This document shows positions 50,191 to 58,636 of a DNA stretch of 64,000 nt, one piece after another. The position numbers and the translations under genes are program-made. Numbering within the stretch: the first letter of the stretch is position 1; each line of letters starts with the position of its first letter. The stretch comes from Candidatus Cloacimonadales bacterium (GTDB lineage: Bacteria > Cloacimonadota > Cloacimonadia > Cloacimonadales > JAFGVF01), in NCBI GenBank assembly GCA_963667035.1, contig OY762964.1:2880001-2944000 (forward strand). The letters run 5' to 3'. Below the pieces are notes generated by a model. That model made no database searches and was not told the origin of the DNA. It saw nothing but the letters and a program-made list of their open reading frames with translations.

Positions 50191-50818
50191 ACTCCTCGCC
50201 ATAATCGAATTTTTTATCAATCTCTTTCTTTGCAGAATGATACGAAAATCCCTTTCTTATCAAGTATTCCAAGCATTTCTGTTTATGCTTTATTTTATCA
50301 TCACACTTATATCTTCGAAAGGCATAGTCAGCTTTCTCTTTCAGATTCTCATATTCAGCATTATCATCAAAGTATTCATCAAAAGCATAATTGATAAATT
50401 CAGGTGAAACACCTTTCTCTTTTAGTTTATACATCAATTCCTTTTTACTAAAACCATTATCTTTTCCCGATATAACATATATCTCTGCAAATCTTTTATC
50501 ATTAAGAAACTTTTTCTCGAGGCAGAAATCAATCAACTGTTTAGAATAGTCCTTTGATAAAGGCAATTTTTTTAGAAATGTTTTTGCTTCCATTACAGAA
50601 CGATCTCGGTAGGTTAGGAATTTGAATAGTCGTTCTCTTGCATATCTGAGAATCTCATCTTCAAAATCAGATTGATTAAGCTCTGTTATTGTTAAGGCAC
50701 CTGTATCATCAATAAATCTGCTAAGAATTTTGCCTGACAGCAAACCAATCTCGCTATAACCATCACTGATTATATATATACTTTTTTTTCCCTGTTTTAA
50801 ATCAAATGTATATATCAT
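50177..50818 (-). CDS. recX: RecX-family regulatory protein
   Basis: RDRSVME, FLNDKRFA, LKEKGV, YLIRKGFS; directly downstream of recA. Confidence 0.88.
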   Translation of the reverse strand: MIYTFDLKQGKKSIYIISDGYSEIGLLSGKILSRFIDDTGALTITELNQSDFEDEILRYARERLFKFLTYRDRSVMEAKTFLKKLPLSKDYSKQLIDFCLEKKFLNDKRFAEIYVISGKDNGFSKKELMYKLKEKGVSPEFINYAFDEYFDDNAEYENLKEKADYAFRRYKCDDKIKHKQKCLEYLIRKGFSYHSAKKEIDKKFDYGEEYDFD

Positions 50819-50875
50819 AAAAAAAGGAATTGTCTCATCAATAGCCTCCTTTCCGGAGTTATCAATGAGACAATT
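50819..50875 (-). terminator. Intrinsic terminator/attenuator between recA and recX
   Basis: Arms AATTGTCTCAT (50828-50838) and ATGAGACAATT (50865-50875); CCTTTTTTT follows on the minus strand. Confidence 0.7.
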
Positions 50876-50885
50876 AAATACTATA

Positions 50886-51938
50886 TTATTCTTCGATTTC
50901 TTCTGATGAATCTGATGTTATATCGGTACTTTCGAAGTCCTCAGGAGCAACTAAAGTACGCACTTTTGTTTCAATCTCATCTTTAAGTTCTGGATTTTCA
51001 TTCAAGTAAACCTTAACTTTCTCGGTACCCTGTCCAAGTCTGGTTTCACCATAAGAATACCATGATCCGCTTTTGGTAATAATATCGTGAGTTACACCCA
51101 TATCAATCAAGATATCATTATGTGAGATACCTTCACCAAAAATGATTGGAAACAGAACTGTTTTAAATGGTGGGGCAAGTTTATTTTTTACTATCTTAAC
51201 TCTGACCTTGTTACCTAAAACCTCTGCTTCAGAACCAGTACCTTTTATTGCTCCGGCATTTCTTACTTCCAATCGTACAGATGAGTAGAATTTAAGAGCA
51301 ACACCACCGGTAGTTGTTTCAGGATTAACATAAGAAGGTACACCGATTTTCATACGAGTTTGATTAATAAAGACTACGGCACAATTAGTTTTAGAGATTA
51401 TTGAAGTCAATTTTCTCAAAGCTTGTGACATTAAACGAGCTTGAAGTCCAACATGACTGTCTCCCATAGCACCTTCAATCTCTTGTCTAGGCACTAAAGC
51501 GGCAACAGAATCAACAATGACCAAGTCAATAGCATTACTTCTTACAAGAGCTTCAACTATTTCCAATGCCTGTTCTCCACCATCAGGTTGAGAAATAAGC
51601 AAATGGTCAATATCAACACCAAGCTTTCTTGCATAGTGAGGATCTAAGGCATGTTCTGCGTCAATAAAGGCAACAACTCCACCCTGCTTTTGACACTCAG
51701 CAGCAACATGAAGCGTAAGTGTTGTTTTTCCGGATGCTTCAGCACCGTAAACTTCGGTGATACGTCCTTTTGGTATACCACCAATACCTAAAGCTAAATC
51801 AAGATTTAATGCACCGGTTGAAATAGTGTCTACATTAATATTAGGTTTATCACCCATCTGCATGACGGTTCCAATACCAAACTTTTTTTCCAGTTGGGTT
51901 ATAGCAGTTTTTAAGGCTGCTTCTTTGTTTTTATCCAT
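50886..51938 (-). CDS. recA: Recombinase A
   Basis: [39 protein letters not shown] 51938 with GAGGAGG RBS. Confidence 0.99.
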   Translation of the reverse strand: MDKNKEAALKTAITQLEKKFGIGTVMQMGDKPNINVDTISTGALNLDLALGIGGIPKGRITEVYGAEASGKTTLTLHVAAECQKQGGVVAFIDAEHALDPHYARKLGVDIDHLLISQPDGGEQALEIVEALVRSNAIDLVIVDSVAALVPRQEIEGAMGDSHVGLQARLMSQALRKLTSIISKTNCAVVFINQTRMKIGVPSYVNPETTTGGVALKFYSSVRLEVRNAGAIKGTGSEAEVLGNKVRVKIVKNKLAPPFKTVLFPIIFGEGISHNDILIDMGVTHDIITKSGSWYSYGETRLGQGTEKVKVYLNENPELKDEIETKVRTLVAPEDFESTDITSDSSEEIEE

Positions 51939-51951
51939 AATTAATTCCTCC

Positions 51952-52497
51952 TCAAAATTCATAATCAAAGAGGGGAATATAATGGGGTCCCTTCTTTGAG
52001 AGAGTGCTTTTAAATAAAGTTATTTCAGGTACCCGAAACTTATAGTCTGATAAGAGATAACCAATATACTTGTTCATCACGGGAGTCGGTATTACACCTT
52101 TAATTCTTCCTATAGTAATATGAGGTTTATAGCTTTTAATATCAATGTTAGGGCATATTCTTGACAATTTTTTATTCATAGTTCCCACTATTTTATCTAT
52201 CAGTATATTACACGAGAGCTTAATACAGATGAGACTTGGTTTTTTGGCCGGAATAAGTTCAATCACTTCCATTTTAAATTCTATCTTATCTATTTGTGAG
52301 AAGACCTCTTCAACAATATCATATATCTCATCTACTAAATTCTCGTTTACATCTCCCAGAAAACTAAGTGTAACATGCAGATTCTCAGTCTCAACCCATT
52401 TCACTCCGAAAGGTAGTATTGAGCTAAAGCTACTAATAGCTTCTACAGCAAAATCTCTAATTTCATCAGTAAGTTTGAATGCCAGAAAAGCTCTCAT
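51952..52497 (-). CDS. thpR: RNA 2',3'-cyclic phosphodiesterase (2H family)
   Basis: MRAFLA, HVTL and HITI 2H motifs, GPHY. Confidence 0.92.
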   Translation of the reverse strand: MRAFLAFKLTDEIRDFAVEAISSFSSILPFGVKWVETENLHVTLSFLGDVNENLVDEIYDIVEEVFSQIDKIEFKMEVIELIPAKKPSLICIKLSCNILIDKIVGTMNKKLSRICPNIDIKSYKPHITIGRIKGVIPTPVMNKYIGYLLSDYKFRVPEITLFKSTLSKKGPHYIPLFDYEF

Positions 52498-52980
52498 TTA
52501 ACGCTTGTAACCAATGTTAATCAGAAATTGTTTTCTAGCGGTAATATCCGTATCTAGTTCAACCCCTTTAGGTGAATATCCGTCTATGACACCAAGTACA
52601 CCTCTACCTTGTTCGGTTTCAGCTAAAATAACTTCAACAGGATTAGAGGTTGCACAGAATATGTTTACAATCTCCCTACAATTTTTAATAGCCGGTAGAA
52701 CATTTATCGGATATGCATCTTTCAGAATGATTAAAAATGAATGACCTGCACCAATCTTACGAATATTCTCAACAGCATATTCTATAAGTTCGGGATTATT
52801 CCCGTCTTTACGAACCAAGCAAGGGCCTGAAGCCTCGTTAAAGGCTAATCCGAATTGAGCATTTGGTACAGAGTTTACAATAACCTCATATAGGTCTTCC
52901 ACTGTCTTAATAAAATGTGATTGCCCGAAAATAATATTGTACTCTTCGGGGAGCTGAATCTTTTCTACTCGAAGTTCCAT
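52498..52980 (-). CDS. Adenosine-specific kinase family protein
   Basis: GQSHFIKTVEDL, FNEASG, GAGHSF, GRGVLGVIDG, GYKR. Confidence 0.88.
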   Translation of the reverse strand: MELRVEKIQLPEEYNIIFGQSHFIKTVEDLYEVIVNSVPNAQFGLAFNEASGPCLVRKDGNNPELIEYAVENIRKIGAGHSFLIILKDAYPINVLPAIKNCREIVNIFCATSNPVEVILAETEQGRGVLGVIDGYSPKGVELDTDITARKQFLINIGYKR

Positions 52981-53455
52981 TTTTACTCCATATATCTTTT
53001 ATAACGGTGTGTTTAGTATGAATTAATTGTAGCTTCCATAATTATGTCAAACTATTTTTCCACAAAATTAAGCACTGCTTAATGTGACTGTTCAAAAGCC
53101 TAATGAAAAAACTGTCATAGTGTGTTTATACGATAACATTACTACTAACTTTAGCAATTTTTTACATCGTAGTTCAATCACAGTGTAATGAAAGTGGCAT
53201 ACTTGACAACGGTGCAAGTCCGAAATTGCTAACTACACAAGTACCATGGATGAGCAATGCTCAAACAACGCTTACCGTGGTTCACCCGTGGTCAATTCGT
53301 GGTTGGGAATGCACTAATGAAGAATGTAGATTTGTTCCTAAACAGTACACTACCATTATTAGAACAATTTTCCAGAGGTAATTCTTCATAATGTCTCCTG
53401 CAATTAACATATCTTATAAATTCCTATTTATAAGTTATTTAACATTTATTTCAGC

Positions 53456-53712
53456 TTAATAACTTTTTAATTTGGTCCTGATATTAAGATGATACAGACT
53501 TGATAAAGCAAACTCCGGTACTGAGTTGTGAAACGCTTGGAGTATTCCATTTAAAGTTTTTTCCTCTCCTCTTTCTCCATTACTTACAATTGTTTTAACT
53601 CTTTGAACTTTAATATTATAGATGTTAGAATTAATTGTTTCCTTTGTAATATCTGCTAACAAAATGACATACTAATCATAGAAACTAATATAAGTAAAAG
53701 ACAGAATTTCAT
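53456..53712 (-). pseudogene. Frameshifted fragment of a secreted-protein gene
   Basis: ATG 53712 encodes signal-like MKFCLLLILVSMISMSF then stops. One extra base in a T-run would join it to ORF 53456-53662. Confidence 0.4.
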
Positions 53713-53898
53713 AATTTCCACTCGAAAATTTTTATTAATCACTCTCTTTATTCTTAACAAGAATGCAACAAACTGGAATTTAAGCATTCAAATTCAAGGA
53801 ATACTAACCAGACATCTTAGTTACTATTCTTTGAATTCAATCATATATCTTCTATGAATATGCTGATTATCTATCATGTCAATATAATTATGCAAAAA

Positions 53899-55135
53899 TT
53901 GGCATCCTCCCGTTTTTTATCATAAGCATGTCATCTGTTCCCATTCTGCCTGACAACCTTGATACTTTGGAACAAAGTAATGCTTCCAATCTCTGAATAG
54001 ATTTTTAACAACAACCGATAGTCTGTAGTAGATAAACTTACATAATTCCTTTAGATTACTCTTTTTACTAAGCATAATCTGTTGATACATTTCCGCAAAG
54101 TCGTATCGATACTTATCCAAAGAATAAAGATAACTGACTGCCAATAATAACATGCAGTTCAGATTTCTTAACCTGTCCAATGTCATAACCTGCATATCTT
54201 CCCACGAATACTCCTGCTTCACATGACGGTGTACTTCTTCTACTTTCCAGCGGAGACGATACCCTCTTATTGCAGTTGTTATCAACTCCAAATCACTAAG
54301 GTCTCGATTGGGGAAATCACAGTTCAAATAGAAAAAACCTTTGACGCGAATGATATATGAAGCCTCATTCTCTGTTAAATAGTTGATTACTACCTTATCA
54401 TCATAACCTCTATCCATTACATATATCCCTTTATTTCCTGAATACACCTGAATATCATTGATCCGATCAAACACAGACTGTTTCAGTATGCCCGGATCTT
54501 CGTCGTTAGTATGCAATTCAGACACAAGAGGACGTATCTCAAGCGAATGACCTTCTTTTGATACTCTGATTATATCTAATACTTCATAACCGTTACACCA
54601 CTCGCCTGTACTGCCGTCTCTAACTCTGGTTAATCCTTCCATCTTCTTTGAATGGCTTTTCATTATGTCGCTGGGATCAATGACTATCAGGTCATAAGAT
54701 GCTATCTTCTTGCTTTCACAAATCAGATGAATATTTGATAGATCTTTGTACAACACAGGTTTTGATAAATGACGACGATATCGTTCGCAGAGCTTTTCTA
54801 ATGAGATATTCACTTCATGGCTCATTGCAATCCTTCTGATTATACAACTGCCGGATTTCAAAATGCCACTGACAAGCTCTTTTACGAATTTCTTCTCTTT
54901 GATAGTACAGCTATGTGTGACTTTGTTGATGAATTTTGAAAATTTAGCTTGCAGATTATGCTTTTTTAATATTGATAGTTCCATATAGTGAGTTCCTTTT
55001 GTTTTATTTTAAGCGTAACAACAATAAATAGGGACTCACTCTTTTCAAGCTTTTTCTTGACTATTTTTATACTTAAATTACCATTTTATCAATCACTTAT
55101 TATGACCATTATTCTAAATTTCGGGGGGATGCTTG
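53899..55135 (-). mobile_element. IS4-family element, internally deleted copy (1237 bp)
   Basis: IRs TTGGCATCCTCCCG (53899) and CGGGGGGATGCTTG (ends 55135). Flanking direct repeat AATTATGCAAAA at 53886-53897 and 55136-55147. 231 bp shorter than copy 1. Confidence 0.92.
53920..54984 (-). CDS. IS4-family transposase with 77-aa in-frame deletion
   Basis: Near-identical to 5448-6743 apart from the junction IIRVKG/FFYLNC. Confidence 0.88.
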   Translation of the reverse strand: MELSILKKHNLQAKFSKFINKVTHSCTIKEKKFVKELVSGILKSGSCIIRRIAMSHEVNISLEKLCERYRRHLSKPVLYKDLSNIHLICESKKIASYDLIVIDPSDIMKSHSKKMEGLTRVRDGSTGEWCNGYEVLDIIRVSKEGHSLEIRPLVSELHTNDEDPGILKQSVFDRINDIQVYSGNKGIYVMDRGYDDKVVINYLTENEASYIIRVKGFFYLNCDFPNRDLSDLELITTAIRGYRLRWKVEEVHRHVKQEYSWEDMQVMTLDRLRNLNCMLLLAVSYLYSLDKYRYDFAEMYQQIMLSKKSNLKELCKFIYYRLSVVVKNLFRDWKHYFVPKYQGCQAEWEQMTCL

Positions 55136-55322
55136 AATTATGCAAAAGCGGTTTAGTAACCTGGAAGTGTCAACTAGTATGACCTCACGATAGAATAAGT
55201 TCATAATATGCTAAATTGCATATTGAGGTTAATACACTTTTTTTCTCCTATATATTTTGTAAGAATAGATATTGTACAGTGATTCTATTAGTCATTGAAA
55301 TATAAATAATGTATAAACAGAA

Positions 55323-55348
55323 AACCCGTTTCCAAATAGAAACGGGTT
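55323..55348 (-). terminator. Intrinsic terminator
   Basis: AACCCGTTTC-N6-GAAACGGGTT with T-run on the minus strand. Confidence 0.8.
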
Positions 55349-55374
55349 GTATTTATTCAGGTTGAAGAATAAGT

Positions 55375-57120
55375 TTAGTATTTACGCATTGTATCCATTG
55401 AACCGAAAGGATTGAATGGAAGTTCTGCTAAAGCATAAGAGAAACCAACACTAATATTGATTCCACCGAGGCTTAAATCATTTTCATCGAGATCGATTGA
55501 AGCGGTTGTTCCAGACCCTGTTATGTCAGCTTTTAGAGGTTCAAGAGTATACTTGTACCCAACATGTAAGTTAAGAAGGAAATTAGCACCAAGCATGTAT
55601 TCAGCACCTAGATAACCTTTAACACCGATAGTTTGAATTTCAATCTTATTATCATTATCTTCATCGTCTTTACCAAAGTCAAGAGTAAGCATGTCATAGC
55701 TACCTTGTGCACCATAAGAAATAGCTACTCGACCCATCCAGAATTTCTTGGTTAATCCCATGTATGCACCAAACATAGTTGATTCTAAGTCATCTTGATC
55801 TTCTTCAAATTCATTTTCAACAGCTTCAGCATCAGGAGTAGCATAATAAGCTCCTAAATCAAAGAAAAGCTGGCGAGAATTGAAGACGGAAGCAACATTG
55901 TTCATAAGTCTGATGTCAAACATATTTGCAGATGTGACATCATCTTTGAAGTATGGTACTTCAATAAAGTTTTCAACTTCTGAATCTTCACTTACATCTA
56001 CCTTAATATTCTTACTAATGTTCATACCTGCAAGAACACCAAATGAAAAGTATAAATCGATACCAAGTCTTGGGTTTTCCATGAGAACCATTCCGATATC
56101 GCTTTTACCATAGTGTTTATTGAAAAGAGTTGTTGCGTTAGAATCTTTTTGGTTTTGACCGGTTTTCCATACACGAGAGAAACCTTTCTTAATAAGTCTT
56201 GTTTTACCATTAGAAGTCTCTACAGCTTCACAAACATAATAACCGTCATCAAGACGAACGCCTTCTTTATAACCAATGTCACCCGCAAGTTTACCTTTCT
56301 CGATAGAAACTATTTGAGCTTGAAGTTTAAAGTCATCTATTTGCTTAGTTTTAACACCTAAGTTCTTTGCAAAAGCAAGCATAGCATTGTACTTTGCATA
56401 TGTTTTGTAATCAACTGATTCACTGAATTCTCCAAAAGTAAATACAGATTTTTTATCTGTAACAACTCTTGTGTCAAAAGTTATAGTTGTGGCGTTTTTA
56501 ACCTGTTTAATGGAAACTTTACCATCAGGAGCTATGTTTACTTTATACCAAAGAATACCACCATTAATAGTGTATTTATAGTACTCTTTCTTTTCATCAT
56601 TCTTATCTTTAGTTACATCTTCACTAATATTTGTAACAAAAGGAAGATATATATAAGCAGAATTCATGAATGCAGCAAGTTCATCACCTGAAAGACCAAG
56701 ACTTTTACCTTTGGTTGTAGCAAAACTCATCATAGACATTTCGTCTTTGAAACCACCGTCAGCACGTTTCTTCTGAATCTCGGGATCGTTAAGAACCTCA
56801 GCTATCTTAACTGCTACTGTCCTTTCCATTACTTCCCCAAGAGCAATTGGTGTTACAGAGCCTATTTTGTTAGCTTCATTCACAAAGTCAGTTTTGACAC
56901 TTGCAGGGAGAGTATTGAAATCAAAACGAGGAATCTCAACATAGAACTTAAACATTCTATCAAAGAAATCTCTCTCTTTATCATTCATGTAACCACTACC
57001 AGCTTTCATCCAGATAGATTCCACTGAGCTTACAGACTTGCGTACATATTGACCCTGTTGAGCTACGAGTGAAAATGCGACTAATACTAGTATAGAAATA
57101 ACTAGCAATTTTTTCATCAT
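55375..57120 (-). CDS. Hypothetical exported protein with probable C-terminal outer-membrane beta-barrel
   Basis: Signal peptide; C-terminal alternating aromatic/Gly strands (GAYMGLTKKF, GYLGAEY, SVGFSY). Confidence 0.7.
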   Translation of the reverse strand: MMKKLLVISILVLVAFSLVAQQGQYVRKSVSSVESIWMKAGSGYMNDKERDFFDRMFKFYVEIPRFDFNTLPASVKTDFVNEANKIGSVTPIALGEVMERTVAVKIAEVLNDPEIQKKRADGGFKDEMSMMSFATTKGKSLGLSGDELAAFMNSAYIYLPFVTNISEDVTKDKNDEKKEYYKYTINGGILWYKVNIAPDGKVSIKQVKNATTITFDTRVVTDKKSVFTFGEFSESVDYKTYAKYNAMLAFAKNLGVKTKQIDDFKLQAQIVSIEKGKLAGDIGYKEGVRLDDGYYVCEAVETSNGKTRLIKKGFSRVWKTGQNQKDSNATTLFNKHYGKSDIGMVLMENPRLGIDLYFSFGVLAGMNISKNIKVDVSEDSEVENFIEVPYFKDDVTSANMFDIRLMNNVASVFNSRQLFFDLGAYYATPDAEAVENEFEEDQDDLESTMFGAYMGLTKKFWMGRVAISYGAQGSYDMLTLDFGKDDEDNDNKIEIQTIGVKGYLGAEYMLGANFLLNLHVGYKYTLEPLKADITGSGTTASIDLDENDLSLGGINISVGFSYALAELPFNPFGSMDTMRKY

Positions 57121-57280
57121 TAACCTCCAAATAAATTTGGATAATTAAATAGTTAAACATCGGCAATGTCAAGTGTAAATTAACTTGCGAATAAAGATGA
57201 ATTAGCTACTCAGCCTCTATCTCATATCACAATGGTATGTTAAGAAGAAAGGTGGTAATAATAAAAAACTTGCGAAAACA

Positions 57281-57312
57281 AAAAAAGACCCTGTATTTCC
57301 TCAGGGTCTTTT
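57281..57312 (-). terminator. Intrinsic terminator after greA
   Basis: AAAAGACCCTG-N8-CAGGGTCTTTT. Confidence 0.85.
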
Positions 57313-57327
57313 GCATTTATAAAAAAA

Positions 57328-57804
57328 TTAGTATATATCGAGAATTTCCAAATCTCTATGACCTCTAGGAGCTTTTACTGTTGCTTTATCGTTCTTGGAT
57401 TTTCCTATTAGAGCCAAGCCGATGGGGGATGCAACTGAAATCTTGTTTACTCCATCCTCCATAAAGTTGACTTCGTCAACTCCAACTAAACGATAAAGTA
57501 TTTCTTCATTGGTCTCAATCTCTTTCACTTTAACAAAAGCTCCAAAACGTACTTTATCCTTTGGAATAGTGGTAGTATCTAAAACAGTTAAGATTCCTGA
57601 ACGTCTCTTGAGATAATCGAGTTCATTATCAACCATTCTCTGTTCTTCTTTAGCTGCTTTGTATTCAGCATTTTCACTCAAATCACCTTGTTCCCTAGCA
57701 ACTTGAATACGTTTGATAATCTCCGGTCTGATTCTGTTTAGTTCCTGAATTCTCTTCTGTAAGGAAACCATTCCGGCTTTGGTTATGAAATCATTATTAG
57801 CCAT
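57328..57804 (-). CDS. greA: Transcription elongation factor
   Basis: AREQGDLSENAEYKAAKE, SPIGLALIGK. Confidence 0.95.
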   Translation of the reverse strand: MANNDFITKAGMVSLQKRIQELNRIRPEIIKRIQVAREQGDLSENAEYKAAKEEQRMVDNELDYLKRRSGILTVLDTTTIPKDKVRFGAFVKVKEIETNEEILYRLVGVDEVNFMEDGVNKISVASPIGLALIGKSKNDKATVKAPRGHRDLEILDIY

Positions 57805-57806
57805 TA

Positions 57807-58619
57807 TTATACCTGCTTGCTTTTACGTTTTAAAAACTTCTGACCATTAACTGCAGCTTTCTTTAATCTCGCATTACCACTCTTGGCCCATTGATCAACA
57901 ATAGGAACAAGCTTATCATCGTAACGATTAAAGGAACCACATATTATCTCTACTAGAGCAGGGTCATGAGTATTTTTATTTTTTAAGATGAATGAAAGAT
58001 ATAATTCTTCATCTATGGTAGAGACATTTTTTAAGAAATAAGTTGCTGATTTTACTGTAGCATCGGCTCCAAATAGCCAAGAGTACTTAAGCTTTTCCAA
58101 AATCTCGGCTAAGTATGAATCCTCTGACTTAGAAAATTTAAGTAAGAGCTTAACTAAGTTTAACTGAAGCTCTGCATTATCTGATTTAAGCCATTTGTAA
58201 ATAAGATTTAGATATATACCAGGATTTTTCTTCAACATAGGTAGATAAGCCTTTTCTAGTAGTAAATGTACCATAGAAGAGTCTTCATCCGTGAGTTTAT
58301 CTTCAATTATGGGAAGATAGAAATCAGGATTCCTTTTAATGAATCTACTGATAAGCTGAATAAAACAGACTTTTCCATTAGTACCTTTGTTATTCCAAAG
58401 AGTGTTATAAAAGTCTTGATAATTAGTGTTATTCTTTCCAATTTTAGTAGCTAATTCTTTTGCTACAAAAACGATTACTTCTTTTGGTACTGCATTATTA
58501 ACCCGAATTGGATAAACATTATAAACTATCTCTATATCGTAGTTTCTATTTAACAACTTGGTATTATAAAAGTCATTTATATCCTGAGTTAATCGTTCTT
58601 TCCAATCTAACGATATCAT
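57807..58619 (-). CDS. Hypothetical all-helical (HEAT/ARM-like) protein
   Basis: 270-aa ORF co-oriented in the operon, amphipathic helices (IYKWLKSDN, VDQWAKSGN). Confidence 0.65.
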   Translation of the reverse strand: MISLDWKERLTQDINDFYNTKLLNRNYDIEIVYNVYPIRVNNAVPKEVIVFVAKELATKIGKNNTNYQDFYNTLWNNKGTNGKVCFIQLISRFIKRNPDFYLPIIEDKLTDEDSSMVHLLLEKAYLPMLKKNPGIYLNLIYKWLKSDNAELQLNLVKLLLKFSKSEDSYLAEILEKLKYSWLFGADATVKSATYFLKNVSTIDEELYLSFILKNKNTHDPALVEIICGSFNRYDDKLVPIVDQWAKSGNARLKKAAVNGQKFLKRKSKQV

Positions 58620-58636
58620 ACTCTCCTCACTTTCAA

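Noticed and set aside
5297..55135. Composite transposon or inversion bounded by the two inverted IS copies
   Set aside because: Each copy keeps its own matching target repeat, so they are independent insertions with no net recombination. The enclosed DNA is housekeeping.
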